Source of the DNA: an uncultured Actinomycetota bacterium
GTDB taxonomy: Bacteria > Actinomycetota > Actinomycetes > JAHEKZ01
Direction of reading: 5' to 3'
DNA length: 64,000 nt
Assembly (NCBI GenBank): GCA_963718235.1
Contig: CAVQYR010000001.1
Location: 1,216,001-1,280,000, forward strand
Shown here: positions 21,098 to 34,098 of the stretch, one piece after another
How positions within the stretch are numbered: position 1 is the first letter of the stretch
Layout: each line of letters opens with the position of its first letter
Program-made: the position numbers and the translations under genes
Notes under the pieces: model-generated
The model's database searches: none
Told to the model about the DNA's origin: nothing
The model's input: the letters and a program-made list of their open reading frames with translations, nothing else

Positions 21098-22945
21098 ATG
21101 AGCCACACTCTGACCGGCGACCCCGACGCCCCGCTCCCCTCGGTGGCGTCGTCGGTGGCCCGCATGTTCGTCGACCGCGTGAACGCCTCACCGAGACGGG
21201 AGGCGCTGCGCTTCCCCGTCGAAGGGGGCTGGGAGTCGCTCACCTGGCAGCAGACGCATACCAAGGTGTTCGACCTGGCGGCCGGTTTGATCGACCTCGG
21301 TGTGCAGCCGGAGCACCGGGTCGCGATCGTGTGCTCCACCCGGGTCGAGTGGATGCTGGCCGACCTCGCCATCATGTGCGCCGGCGCTGCGACGACGACG
21401 GTCTACCCCTCGACGGAGGCGGCCGACGTGGCCTTCATCGTCTCCGACTCCGGCGCCCAGGTCGTCATCGCCGAGGACGACACCCAGCTGGACAAGCTGC
21501 GCCAGCGCAGGGCCGAGCTGCCCCAGGTCGAGCGAGTCGTGCTTGTCGACGGGAGCCCGGACGCCGCCGACGGCGACTGGGTGATCAGCTGGAGCGAGTG
21601 GGAGAAGCGTGGTGCGGCCCGCCTCGCCGACGCTCCGGGGCTGGTCGACGAGGTGATCGAGGAGATTCGCCCGGATCAGTTGGCCACGCTCATCTACACG
21701 TCCGGCACGACCGGGCGACCCAAGGGCGTCGAGCTCACCCAGTCGTGCTGGACCTACGAGGGCGCTGCCATCGAGGCGATCGAGATCCTGCGACCGGACG
21801 ACGTCCAGTACCTGTGGCTGCCGCTGGCCCACTCCTTCGCGAAGGTGCTCATGGCGGCCCAGCTGCAGATCGGCTTCGTGACGGCGGTCGACGGTCGGGT
21901 CGACAAGATCGTGGAGAACCTCACCACCGTGCAGCCCACCTTCATGGCCGGCGTCCCGCGCATCTTCGAGAAGGTCCGGGCCAGGGTGATCCAGACGGCC
22001 AAGGGCGAGGGTGGCGTCAAGGCCAAGATCTTCGACTGGGCGTTCGGGGTCGGGGAGCAGGTGAGCCGTCGGCGTCAGCAGGGTCTGGAGCCCACCGGCT
22101 CGCTCAAGCTGCAGCACGCCGTGGCCGACCGGTTGGTCTTCAGCAAGATCAAGGCGCGGCTGGGGGGCAACATGCGCTACCTGGTCTCCGGCAGCGCCGC
22201 GCTGTCCCACGACGTCGCCGAGTGGTTCCACTCCGCGGGGCTGCTGATCCTGGAGGGGTACGGCCTCACCGAGACCAGTGCCGCCACCTGTCTCAACCGT
22301 CCGGACGGCTTCCGGTTCGCCACCGTCGGGCCGCCGTTCCCCGGCACCCAGCTCAAGATCGCTTCTGACGGGGAGATCCTGGTCCGGGGGCCCGGCGTGA
22401 TGCGCGGGTACCACGGCATGCCCGAGCAGACCGCGGAGGTGCTCGATGCCGACGGCTGGTTCGCGACCGGTGACGTCGGTGAGATCGACGAAGGTGGTCG
22501 GTTGCGGATCACCGACCGCAAGAAGGACCTCGTGAAGACCTCGGGCGGCAAGTACATCGCGCCCGGGGCGATCGAGGCACAGTTCAAGGCCATCTGTCCC
22601 ATCGCCGGCCAGATGGTCGTGCACGCCGACCGGCGCAACTTCGCCAGCGCCCTGATCACGCTCGACCCGGACACGCTTAGCCACTGGTCCGCCGATCACG
22701 GCGTCACGGGTGACTACTCCGCGATGACCCAGGACCCGACCACCCGGGCGTACGTCCAGCAGTGCGTCGACGAGCTGAACGCCGGGCTCAACCGGTGGGA
22801 GGCGGTGCGGGAGTTCCGCATCCTCGACCGCGACTTCGGCGTCGAGACCGGTGAGCTGACCCCGAGCCTGAAGGTCAAGCGCAAGGTCGTCGAGACCAAG
22901 TACGAGTCGCTGCTCGACGAGATGTACGGCGAGCCGAGGAGCTGA
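21098..22945 (+). CDS. Long-chain fatty acid--CoA ligase
   Basis: YTSGTTGRPKG, EGYGLTE, GWFATGDVG, ITDRKKDL.KTSGGKYIAP. Confidence 0.93.
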   Translation: MSHTLTGDPDAPLPSVASSVARMFVDRVNASPRREALRFPVEGGWESLTWQQTHTKVFDLAAGLIDLGVQPEHRVAIVCSTRVEWMLADLAIMCAGAATTTVYPSTEAADVAFIVSDSGAQVVIAEDDTQLDKLRQRRAELPQVERVVLVDGSPDAADGDWVISWSEWEKRGAARLADAPGLVDEVIEEIRPDQLATLIYTSGTTGRPKGVELTQSCWTYEGAAIEAIEILRPDDVQYLWLPLAHSFAKVLMAAQLQIGFVTAVDGRVDKIVENLTTVQPTFMAGVPRIFEKVRARVIQTAKGEGGVKAKIFDWAFGVGEQVSRRRQQGLEPTGSLKLQHAVADRLVFSKIKARLGGNMRYLVSGSAALSHDVAEWFHSAGLLILEGYGLTETSAATCLNRPDGFRFATVGPPFPGTQLKIASDGEILVRGPGVMRGYHGMPEQTAEVLDADGWFATGDVGEIDEGGRLRITDRKKDLVKTSGGKYIAPGAIEAQFKAICPIAGQMVVHADRRNFASALITLDPDTLSHWSADHGVTGDYSAMTQDPTTRAYVQQCVDELNAGLNRWEAVREFRILDRDFGVETGELTPSLKVKRKVVETKYESLLDEMYGEPRS

Positions 22946-22946
22946 C

Positions 22947-23534
22947 ATGGCGGGTCCGGACGCACCCCAGGGCGGTGCGCGGGTCGACGTCCTGTGCGAC
23001 GGGTACGCCGCCGACCGGGTGGCCGGCACGGTCTCGCTGATCCGCGACGGTGACGCAGTGATCGTGGTCGACCCCGGCATGGTGGCGAACCGGTCGGTGA
23101 TCCTCGACCCGCTGGGTGAGCTGGGTGTCGACCCGGACCACGTCACCGATGTGGTGTTCAGCCACCACCATCCAGACCACACGCTGCACGCCGCGCTGTT
23201 CGCCAACGCGCGTTTTCACGACCACTGGGCGATCTACGACGGTGACGAGTGGATCGACCGTCCAGCCGACGGTTTCTCACTGTCGCCCCACGTCCGGCTC
23301 ATGGCCACACCCGGGCACACCCCGCAGGACATCTCGACCGTCGTCGCGACCCCGACTGGGGTCGTGGTGCTGACCCACGCCTGGTGGAACGCCGACGGTC
23401 CGAGCGAGGACCCCCTCGCCGACGATGCCGAACAGGTGCACGTCTCGCGCGCGGCGCTCCTTGCCCTTGAACCGGTGCTGGTGGTGCCCGGCCACGGCCC
23501 GGCCTTCCGTCCAGGAGCCAGCACGCCCGCCTGA
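22947..23534 (+). CDS. MBL-fold metallo-hydrolase
   Basis: VVDPG, SHHHPDH (HxHxDH), TPGHT, VPGHG. Confidence 0.9.
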   Translation: MAGPDAPQGGARVDVLCDGYAADRVAGTVSLIRDGDAVIVVDPGMVANRSVILDPLGELGVDPDHVTDVVFSHHHPDHTLHAALFANARFHDHWAIYDGDEWIDRPADGFSLSPHVRLMATPGHTPQDISTVVATPTGVVVLTHAWWNADGPSEDPLADDAEQVHVSRAALLALEPVLVVPGHGPAFRPGASTPA

Positions 23535-23585
23535 CCCACCCGATCGGGGCGGTCCCGGCCACCACGCGGCCCCGATAGACCCTGC

Positions 23586-23777
23586 ATGAGTGCGCGGGGA
23601 CTCCTCGTCGGTGTCCTGACGTCGGCCCTCGCCCTGGGAGCAGTGCTCCCCGCGTCGGCGGGGTCCGAACCGGTGCCCCAAGGCCGAGGCGAACGGCTTC
23701 TCGTCGACGAAGAAGCGTCTGGGGCTGGGTCCCTGGTCGTCGATCTGATGGAGGCCCTGACTGAGGGCCCTGGCTGA
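23586..23777 (+). CDS. Small putative secreted protein (63 aa), possibly a truncated remnant
   Basis: Signal-peptide-like N-terminus ending in ASA; 3' end runs into a 13-bp repeat. Confidence 0.45.
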   Translation: MSARGLLVGVLTSALALGAVLPASAGSEPVPQGRGERLLVDEEASGAGSLVVDLMEALTEGPG

Positions 23778-23827
23778 AGGCACTGACCGCGGGTACCGAT
23801 CGCGGGTACCGATCGCAGGTGCTGGGC
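23750..23827. repeat. Degenerate 13-bp tandem repeat, 6 units
   Basis: GGAGGCCCTGACT GAGGGCCCTGGCT GAAGGCACTGACC GCGGGTACCGATC GCGGGTACCGATC GCAGGTGCTGGGC. Confidence 0.7.
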
Positions 23828-23855
23828 CTGCGCGGTCGTGGGACACACTGGACCC

Positions 23856-25073
23856 ATGCCCTCCGCGCTGCCCGACGGCGATCCGGTTCCGCCCGACGGC
23901 AGCCTCCCCGCGTCGGCACTGCAGGACGCGGAGTCGCGAAGTTTCGGCGTCTACGTCCACGTGCCGTTCTGTGCGGTGCGGTGCGGATACTGCGACTTCA
24001 ACACCTACACCGCGACCGAGCTGGGCGGCGGCGGCTCCCAGTCGTCGTTCGCCGGCGTCGCCTCGCGCGAGGTGCAGCTCGCCGCCCAGGTCCTCGAGAC
24101 GGCCCCTCGTCCGGTCGACACGGTGTTCTTCGGTGGCGGTACACCCACCCTGCTCTCCGTGGCGGATCTCCGGTCGATCCTGCTCGCCGTGGACGAGCAG
24201 CTCGGGCTGGCCGATACCGCGGAGATCACCACCGAGGCGAACCCGGAGACGGTGACACAACAGTCACTGGTTGCCCTTCGCGCCGCCGGGTTCAACCGGG
24301 TGTCGTTCGGCATGCAGAGCGCCGTGCCGCACGTGCTGGAGACCCTGGACCGGCTGCACACACCCGGTCGGGTGCCCGAGGTCGTCCGCTGGGCGCGCGA
24401 GGCCGGGTTCGAACAGGTGAGCGTCGACCTGATCTACGGCACCCCGGGGGAGAGCCTGGACGACTGGCGCCGGTCCCTCGAGGCCGTCGTCGCGCTGGAC
24501 GTCGACCACGTGAGCGCGTACGCGCTGGTCGTCGAGCCGGGCACGGCCCTGGCCAAGGCGGTCGACCGCGGCGACGTCGAGGCACCCGACGACGACGACC
24601 TGGCCGACAAGTACCTCATGGTCGACGAGGCGCTCAGCACTAGCGGGCTGACGTGGTACGAGGTGTCCAACTGGGCCCGACAACCCCGGGCTCGGTGCCG
24701 GCACAACCTCGGCTACTGGCGGGGGGCCGACTGGTGGGGGGTCGGGCCGGGAGCACACTCCCACGTCGGCGGAGTCCGCTGGTGGAACGTCAAGCACCCG
24801 ACGGCCTACGCGCAGGCGTTGAGCGCCGGACACTCTCCCGGTGCCGGTCGAGAGCTGCTCGACGAGCCGACCCGACGCACCGAACGGGTCATGCTCGGCG
24901 TGCGGTTGCGGGAGGGCCTGGCGATGGGCGAGGTGTCGTCGGCCGCGGTCGACGCCTTGGAGCGAGACGAGCTGGTCGACCCGGTGGCTCGGGCCGAAGG
25001 ACGGGTGGTGGTGACCCGCCGTGGCCGCCTGCTGGCCGACGCGGTCGTGCGGCGGTTGCTCGCCGACGGTTAG
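23856..25073 (+). CDS. hemW: Radical SAM heme chaperone HemW
   Basis: YVHVPFCAVRCGYCDF, GGGTP, HNLGYW (HNxxYW). Confidence 0.94.
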   Translation: MPSALPDGDPVPPDGSLPASALQDAESRSFGVYVHVPFCAVRCGYCDFNTYTATELGGGGSQSSFAGVASREVQLAAQVLETAPRPVDTVFFGGGTPTLLSVADLRSILLAVDEQLGLADTAEITTEANPETVTQQSLVALRAAGFNRVSFGMQSAVPHVLETLDRLHTPGRVPEVVRWAREAGFEQVSVDLIYGTPGESLDDWRRSLEAVVALDVDHVSAYALVVEPGTALAKAVDRGDVEAPDDDDLADKYLMVDEALSTSGLTWYEVSNWARQPRARCRHNLGYWRGADWWGVGPGAHSHVGGVRWWNVKHPTAYAQALSAGHSPGAGRELLDEPTRRTERVMLGVRLREGLAMGEVSSAAVDALERDELVDPVARAEGRVVVTRRGRLLADAVVRRLLADG

Positions 25074-25609
25074 TGGACGATCCGCAGGGTCAGGGGGTAG
25101 CGGTAGCCCTCGCCGCGACCGGACTTGACGGCGGCGATCACCGCGAAGACGGCGCCGTAGACGAAGACCGCGATCGGCAGGAAGAACAGGATGCCGAAGG
25201 TGACCACGGCGGCGACCACGGCGACCAGCCCGGCGATGAGCAGGGTGATGTGGAAGTTCAGCGCCTCGACGCCGTTCGCTCGGGCGAACGGCCGCTGGGG
25301 TCCCGCGACCAGCATGATGACCAGTGGCCCGATGAGCGACAGCACGAAGAAGGACAGGTGGGCGAGCACCGCCCAGACGGTCTCGTCGGACTGCACGGGT
25401 GCTGGAACGGGGCCGCCGGGCTGGGTCGGCACCGGCGGCCCTGGCGGCACGGCCGGCATAGCCGGGGGAGCCGGAGGAACGGCCGGGGTCGCCGCCGGGG
25501 GAGCCGGGGGAGCCGGGGGAGCCGGAGGAACGGCCGGTGGCGTCGCTGGGGGAGCGGGGGGAGCCGCTGGGGGAGCCGGGGGGTACTGCTGCGGGTCGGG
25601 TTCGGTCAT
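25070..25609 (-). CDS. DUF4870-type membrane protein with Pro/Ala-rich N-terminus
   Basis: WAVLAHLS...GPLVI...EALNFHIT...YRYPL. Confidence 0.85.
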   Translation of the reverse strand: MTEPDPQQYPPAPPAAPPAPPATPPAVPPAPPAPPAPPAATPAVPPAPPAMPAVPPGPPVPTQPGGPVPAPVQSDETVWAVLAHLSFFVLSLIGPLVIMLVAGPQRPFARANGVEALNFHITLLIAGLVAVVAAVVTFGILFFLPIAVFVYGAVFAVIAAVKSGRGEGYRYPLTLRIVH

Positions 25610-25626
25610 GGCTCCATCCAACCCCA

Positions 25627-26439
25627 TCAGGGTGCGGGTGTGGTCTCGTCGGTGACGAAGTCGATCAGCTCCTCGACCCGGCCGAGCAGCGACGGCTCGA
25701 GTGCGGTGTACCCGTCGACGGCGTCGAGGAGCCGGTGCCAGGCAACGCCTGGGTCGTCACCCCATCCGAGCTCGGCGCACACGCCCTCCTTCCACGGCCG
25801 TCCGCGCGGCACCTCGGGCCACGCAGACAGCCCGATGACCTCGGGCCGGATGGCCTGCCACACGTCGACGTATGGATGGCCCACGACATGCACCTGCGGC
25901 CCCTCCGCCGCCTGGGCGAGCCTCGACTCCTTGCTGCCGGGAACGAGGTGGTCCAGCAGCACTCCCAGGCGTCGGCCGGGGCCTGGGCCGAACGCGGCGA
26001 CGGCGTCGACCAGGCCGTCGGCTCCGTGCAGGGGCTCGACGACGACCCCGGCGACACGCAGGTCGTGGCCCCACACCCGCTCGACCAGCTCCGCGTCGTG
26101 GAGCCCCTCGACCCAGATCCGGCTGGCCCGGGCGACCTGCGCGACGTGGTCGGTGACCGCCACCGAGCCGGATGCCGAGCGAAGCCGGGTCGGCCGGGCG
26201 CTGACGGGGCGCACGAGCACCACGGGTTCGCCGTCCACGAGGAACCCCGCGCCCAGACGGAACTCCCGATGGGCGCCGAACCGGTCCTCGAGGGTGACGG
26301 TCGCCTTGTCGTGGGCCACCACGGCGCCGCAGAAGCCGTCGTCGGTCTCGACCACCAGTTCGGCCTCGACGGCCAGCTCCGGCAGAGACTGTCGTCGGCT
26401 GGGCGGGCCGGCCAAGAGGTCGGATCCGTAGTCGCGCAT
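25627..26439 (-). CDS. DUF3097 family protein (Toprim-like C-terminus)
   Basis: [44 protein letters not shown]; usual position divergent from hrcA. Confidence 0.85.
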   Translation of the reverse strand: MRDYGSDLLAGPPSRRQSLPELAVEAELVVETDDGFCGAVVAHDKATVTLEDRFGAHREFRLGAGFLVDGEPVVLVRPVSARPTRLRSASGSVAVTDHVAQVARASRIWVEGLHDAELVERVWGHDLRVAGVVVEPLHGADGLVDAVAAFGPGPGRRLGVLLDHLVPGSKESRLAQAAEGPQVHVVGHPYVDVWQAIRPEVIGLSAWPEVPRGRPWKEGVCAELGWGDDPGVAWHRLLDAVDGYTALEPSLLGRVEELIDFVTDETTPAP

Positions 26440-26498
26440 ACCGGTCATCCTGCCCGCGGGTGCTCAGGCGACGCGGCAACGCGCCGCAGCACCTACAC

Positions 26499-26525
26499 TT
26501 GGCACTCGGGAATGGCGAGTGCCAG
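26499..26525 (+). promoter_or_regulatory. CIRCE operator (HrcA)
   Basis: TTGGCACTC-N9-GAGTGCCAG abutting -10 TACACT (26494-26499), just before hrcA. Confidence 0.95.
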
Positions 26526-26536
26526 CGGAGGTGACC

Positions 26537-29402
<2,866 letters not shown>

Positions 29403-29429
29403 CGGCGGCAGGGCCCGTAGGGTGACCGC

Positions 29430-29771
29430 ATGGCTGAATCGTGTCTGTTCTGTCGCATCGTGGCCGGGGAGATACCGGCCGACGTCGTGGCGTCGACACC
29501 GTCGACCCTGGCCGTGCGGGACATCGACCCCCAGGCGCCCGTCCACGTCCTGGTCATCCCTCGGGCGCACCATCGTGACGTCGGGTCCCTCGCCGACGCC
29601 GAACCCGGGCTGGCGGCCGACCTGCTCACGGCAGCCCGCGGGGTGGCCGTGAGCGAGGGCCTGGACGACTACCGGCTGGTGTTCAACACCGGCGCGACGG
29701 CCGGGCAGTCGGTGTTCCACGTCCATGGCCACGTGCTGGGAGGGCGACCGATGAACTGGCCACCGGGTTGA
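29430..29771 (+). CDS. HIT family nucleotide-binding protein
   Basis: CLFCRI, DIDPQAPVHVLVIP, GQSVFHVHGHV, WPPG. Confidence 0.95.
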   Translation: MAESCLFCRIVAGEIPADVVASTPSTLAVRDIDPQAPVHVLVIPRAHHRDVGSLADAEPGLAADLLTAARGVAVSEGLDDYRLVFNTGATAGQSVFHVHGHVLGGRPMNWPPG

Positions 29772-29886
29772 GCCCGGCCGACAGTGACTCGAGACAATGA
29801 CTCCAGAGTGATCCGCAGGACAAGCACCAGCAGCGCGACCCACCGCCGCCGACGACGAGGAGTGTGAGGGCCACCCGGCCCACCTC

Positions 29887-30924
29887 ATGGGCAAGAGCCA
29901 GACCACCGACGTGATCGAGCACCGAATCGTCGTACCCACCAGCCTGTCGATGGTCAGCCTGCTCGGGTCCGGCGACGAGCTGCTGCGGGTCGTCGAGAAC
30001 GCCTTCCCGGCCACCGACATCCATGTGCGCGGCAACGAGATCACGGTCACCGGACCAGCCGACGAGGTCGGTCTGGTCGAGAGACTGGTCGACGAGCTGG
30101 TCGCAGTCCTGCGCACCGGTCAGGGCCTGTCCGCCGAGGCCGTCCAGCGCTCGGCTGCCATGCTCCGCAGCCGGGAGGCCAGCCCCGCTGAGGTCCTCAC
30201 GCACAACATCCTGAGCAGTCGCGGTCGCACGATCCGGCCCAAGACGCTCAACCAGAAGCGCTACGTCGACGCCATCGACAAGAACACCATCGTGTTCGGG
30301 ATCGGTCCTGCCGGGACGGGCAAGACGTATCTCGCCGTGGCCAAGGCGGTGCAGGCCCTGCAGAACAAGCAGGTCACCCGGATCATCTTGACCCGCCCGG
30401 CCGTCGAGGCGGGTGAGCGGCTGGGGTTCCTCCCGGGCACCCTGGCCGAGAAGATCGACCCCTACCTGCGGCCGCTGTACGACGCGCTGCACGACATGAT
30501 GGAGCCGGCCAGCATCCCGAGGCTGATGACCGAGGGGACCATCGAGGTCGCTCCCTTGGCCTACATGCGGGGGCGCACGCTGAACGACGCCTTCGTGATC
30601 CTGGACGAGGCGCAGAACACCTCTCCGGAGCAGATGAAGATGTTCCTGACCCGTCTGGGCTTCGGGTCACGGATGGTCGTCACCGGCGACATCACCCAGA
30701 TCGACCTCCCGTCCGGCACCTACAGCGGACTGAAGATCGTGCGCGACATCCTCGACGACATCGGTGACGTGCACTTCACCCAGCTCACGTCCCAAGACGT
30801 CGTGCGTCATCGTCTGGTCAGCGAGATCGTCGAGGCGTACCACCGGCACGACGTCGCCACCGAGGGCGCACAGGGGCCAAAGGGCCGGTCGCGTCGCCCC
30901 GGACGTGCAGGGGACCGCCGATGA
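29887..30924 (+). CDS. phoH: PhoH/YbeZ family ATPase
   Basis: [44 protein letters not shown]. Confidence 0.95.
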   Translation: MGKSQTTDVIEHRIVVPTSLSMVSLLGSGDELLRVVENAFPATDIHVRGNEITVTGPADEVGLVERLVDELVAVLRTGQGLSAEAVQRSAAMLRSREASPAEVLTHNILSSRGRTIRPKTLNQKRYVDAIDKNTIVFGIGPAGTGKTYLAVAKAVQALQNKQVTRIILTRPAVEAGERLGFLPGTLAEKIDPYLRPLYDALHDMMEPASIPRLMTEGTIEVAPLAYMRGRTLNDAFVILDEAQNTSPEQMKMFLTRLGFGSRMVVTGDITQIDLPSGTYSGLKIVRDILDDIGDVHFTQLTSQDVVRHRLVSEIVEAYHRHDVATEGAQGPKGRSRRPGRAGDRR

Positions 30925-31388
30925 CGATCGACGTGAACAACGAGTCCGGGGTTCCCGTCGACGAGGAATCACTCGCGGCGTTGGCCCGGTTCCTGCTCGA
31001 CGCGCTGCACATCCACCCGCAGGCGGAGCTGTCCATCCTGCTGGTCGACGAGGACACGATCGCCCGGCTGCACGAGCGCTGGATGGACGAGCCGGGGCCG
31101 ACCGACGTGATGGCCTTCCCGATGGACGAGCTGCGGGTCACCGACCCCGACGCGGAGCCGCAGCCGGGCCTCCTCGGTGACGTCGTCCTGTGTCCTGGGG
31201 TGGCCGAGCGCCAGGCCGCATCGGCCGGTCACGGCGTGCAGGACGAGCTGTTCCTGCTGTGCACCCACGGTGTGCTGCACCTGTTGGGCTACGACCACCA
31301 CGAGCCCGACGAGGAGCGCACGATGTTCGGCCTGCAGGCACGCCTGCTCGCCTCCTGGCAGGCTGTGCGCGCAGATGGTCCGGCATGA
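30921..31388 (+). CDS. ybeY: rRNA maturation endoribonuclease YbeY
   Basis: [24 protein letters not shown]. Confidence 0.96.
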   Translation: MTIDVNNESGVPVDEESLAALARFLLDALHIHPQAELSILLVDEDTIARLHERWMDEPGPTDVMAFPMDELRVTDPDAEPQPGLLGDVVLCPGVAERQAASAGHGVQDELFLLCTHGVLHLLGYDHHEPDEERTMFGLQARLLASWQAVRADGPA

Positions 31389-32710
31389 CCGCCTCCGACG
31401 TGTGGCTCTTGGTGCTGGCGGGCGTGCTCGTCGTTCTTGCAGCGGTCCTGTCCGGGGTCGACGCCGCGGTGTCGCGGGTCAGCCGGCATGCCGTGGACGA
31501 GGCCGTCCGCGAGGGGCGTCGCGGTGCCGTCCGTCTTCAGCAGCTGGTCGTCGACCCCGCTCGCTACCTGAACGTCGCCCTGTTCCTGCGGATCGGCAGC
31601 GAGATCACGGCGACCGTCATCGTCACCCTGGTCGTCCTCGACCTGTTTCCCGAGACGTGGGAGGCGGTGGTCGTCGCCAGCGTGACGATGGTGGTCATCG
31701 CCTACGTGTTCATCGGCGTCGCACCGCGCACCCTCGGCCGGCAGCATGCGACCCGGATCGCTGTGACGGCAGCGCCAACCTTGCACGCAGTCGCCACCCT
31801 CCTCGGTCCGCTCACCCGGCTGCTCATCCTCATCGGCAACGCACTCACACCTGGCAAGGGGTTTCGCGACGGGCCGTTCACGTCGGAGGCGGAGCTGCGC
31901 GATCTCGTCGACCTGGCCGAGGAGCGCTCACTGATCGAGGACGACGAGCGGCAGATGATCCACTCGGTCTTCGAGCTGGGTGACACGCTGGCCCGCGAGG
32001 TGATGGTTCCACGCACGGACATGGTGTTCATCGAAAGGGGCAAGACGCTGCGACAGGCGTTGTCCCTCGGCCTGCGCAGTGGCTTCAGCCGGATCCCGGT
32101 CATCGGTGAGAACGAGGACGACGTGGTGGGCGTCGTCTATCTCAAGGACGTCACCCGGCGCGCCTTCGACCACCGACAGGGTGAGAGCACCGAGAAGGTC
32201 GACTCGCTCATGCGCAAGCCGTACTTCGTGCCCGACAGCAAGCCGGTGGACGAGCTGCTCAAGGACATGCAGGCCCGGCGCACCCACATCGCCATCGTCG
32301 TCGACGAGTACGGCGGTGTCGGTGGCCTGGTCACGATCGAGGACGTCCTGGAGGAGATCGTCGGCGAGATCGTCGACGAGTACGACACACCCGAGCGACC
32401 GCAGATCGAACAGCTGGGTGACGGCCGGTTCCGGGTGAACACCCGGCTGCACGTCGAGGACCTAGCCGAGCTGCTCGACGTCGAGCTCGACGAGGACGAG
32501 CTCGAAGACGTCGACACCGTCGGCGGTCTGATGGCCCACCGCCTGGGCAAGGTGCCGATCCCGGGAGCGGAGATCGAGCTCTCGGGGTGGCAGCTGGTCG
32601 CCGAGTCGACGGTCGGGCGACGCAACCGGATCGAGACGGTGCTGGTCAACCGGCAGCGTGAGACCGACCACGTGGCGTCTGCCGCCGAGCAGGAGTCGAC
32701 CGATGCCTGA
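31385..32710 (+). CDS. Hemolysin/CNNM-CBS-CorC family protein
   Basis: DUF21 TM region, [38 protein letters not shown]. Confidence 0.93.
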   Translation: MTASDVWLLVLAGVLVVLAAVLSGVDAAVSRVSRHAVDEAVREGRRGAVRLQQLVVDPARYLNVALFLRIGSEITATVIVTLVVLDLFPETWEAVVVASVTMVVIAYVFIGVAPRTLGRQHATRIAVTAAPTLHAVATLLGPLTRLLILIGNALTPGKGFRDGPFTSEAELRDLVDLAEERSLIEDDERQMIHSVFELGDTLAREVMVPRTDMVFIERGKTLRQALSLGLRSGFSRIPVIGENEDDVVGVVYLKDVTRRAFDHRQGESTEKVDSLMRKPYFVPDSKPVDELLKDMQARRTHIAIVVDEYGGVGGLVTIEDVLEEIVGEIVDEYDTPERPQIEQLGDGRFRVNTRLHVEDLAELLDVELDEDELEDVDTVGGLMAHRLGKVPIPGAEIELSGWQLVAESTVGRRNRIETVLVNRQRETDHVASAAEQESTDA

Positions 32711-33047
32711 GCCCACCGATCCCGAGGACCTCAAGCTCGTCACTCTGGCGCGCAGCAGTCGCAGTCGAGTGGCTGCCGCAGAGGGTGCTGCGGTGCGTGA
32801 CACGACCGGACGCACCTACGCGGCGACGACCGTGGCGCTGCCCTCGTTGCATCTCTCGGCACTTCAGGCCGCGGTGGCAGCTGCTGTCGCCAGTGGGGCC
32901 GAGGGGTTGGAGGCCGCGGCCGTCGTCACCGAGGCGGCCACAGCTGACGCCGATGGCATGGCCGCGGTTCGTGATCTGGGTGGGCTCGGCACACCCGTCG
33001 TCCTGGCCGACCCGACCGGTGAGGTCCGTGGCACCGCCCGATTCTGA
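32703..33047 (+). CDS. Cytidine-deaminase-like protein lacking zinc ligands
   Basis: GAAVRDTTGRTY...LSALQAAVAAAV; cdd position before era; contains no Cys. Confidence 0.8.
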   Translation: MPEPTDPEDLKLVTLARSSRSRVAAAEGAAVRDTTGRTYAATTVALPSLHLSALQAAVAAAVASGAEGLEAAAVVTEAATADADGMAAVRDLGGLGTPVVLADPTGEVRGTARF

Positions 33048-33068
33048 CGTGCTGGGAGACTCCTCCCC

Positions 33069-33983
33069 GTGACCCAGCACTCCGGATTCGTGTCCGTCGT
33101 CGGGCGACCGAATGCCGGCAAGTCCACCCTGATCAACGCCATGGTCGGCGAGAAGATCGCGATCACCTCGAGCAAGCCGCAGACCACGCGCCGCACCGTG
33201 CGTGGGATCGTCAACTCACCCGCCGGGCAGCTCGTTCTGGTCGACACCCCAGGGCTCCATCGCCCACGGACCTTGCTGGGCGAGCGGCTCAACGACGAGG
33301 CGAAGTCCACGCTGGCCGACGTCGACGTGATTGCGGTCACGTTGCCTGCCGACGAGCGGATCGGACCCGGCGACCGGTTCATCACCGCCGAGACCGCCAG
33401 CGTGCGGCGGGCCCAGAAGGTGGCCGTGGTGACGAAGGCTGATCTCGTCGACCCGGAACAGATGCTGCGGCACCTGACCGACATCGTGCAGCTGGGCGCC
33501 GAGCTGGGCGTCGAGTGGGCCGAGATCGTGCCGGTGTCGGCCGTCGACGGGTTCCAGGTCGAGCTGCTCACCGAGCTGCTCACCCGGCTGCTTCCCGAAG
33601 GACCGGCGCTCTACCCGGAGGACACCACGACCGACGAGCCGGTCGAGACCCGGGTCAGCGAGCTGATCCGCGAGGCCGCGCTGGAGGGTGTCCGAGACGA
33701 GCTGCCGCACTCGATCGCCGTGCTGGTCGACGAGATGTCGGCGCGCGCGGGGCGTCGTCCGGAGCGGCCGCTCACCGACGTCCACGCCACGATCTTCGTC
33801 GAGCGCTCCAGCCAGAAGGCGATCGTGATCGGCCCCAAGGGTGCCCGGCTCAAGCAGGTGGGCATGGCCGCCCGCAAGGAGATCGAGCACCTGCTCGGCA
33901 CGCCCGTGTACCTCGACCTGCACGTCACCGTCGCCAAGGACTGGCAGCGCGACCCCCGCCAGCTGCGCAAGCTCGGCTTCTGA
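33069..33983 (+). CDS. era: GTPase Era
   Basis: GRPNAGKSTL, PQTTR, DTPG, TKAD, KH domain (SQKAIVIG). Confidence 0.97.
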   Translation: MTQHSGFVSVVGRPNAGKSTLINAMVGEKIAITSSKPQTTRRTVRGIVNSPAGQLVLVDTPGLHRPRTLLGERLNDEAKSTLADVDVIAVTLPADERIGPGDRFITAETASVRRAQKVAVVTKADLVDPEQMLRHLTDIVQLGAELGVEWAEIVPVSAVDGFQVELLTELLTRLLPEGPALYPEDTTTDEPVETRVSELIREAALEGVRDELPHSIAVLVDEMSARAGRRPERPLTDVHATIFVERSSQKAIVIGPKGARLKQVGMAARKEIEHLLGTPVYLDLHVTVAKDWQRDPRQLRKLGF

Positions 33984-33992
33984 CCCCGCTCC

Positions 33993-34095
33993 TCCGCCGA
34001 TGATCAGCAAACCTGACCATCGGTCGGGTTTGCCGGCGGTAGACCGCCAGCAAACCCACGTCAGCGCCAGCAAACCCGCGTTCGGCTGCGGCGGA
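33993..34095. repeat. REP/MITE-like palindromic element with four C(A/G)GCAAACC units
   Basis: Units oriented +,-,+,+; terminal inverted TCCGCCG/CGGCGGA. Confidence 0.65.
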
Positions 34096-34098
34096 CCG

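Noticed and set aside
23750-23827. CRISPR array at the short repeats (also 33993-34095 and 47651-47680)
   Set aside because: Units are 10-13 bp with no regular unique spacers, and there are no cas genes
26499-26525. CIRCE, Zur box and SmtB operator as novel signals
   Set aside because: Well-established operators in their expected places; listed as features only
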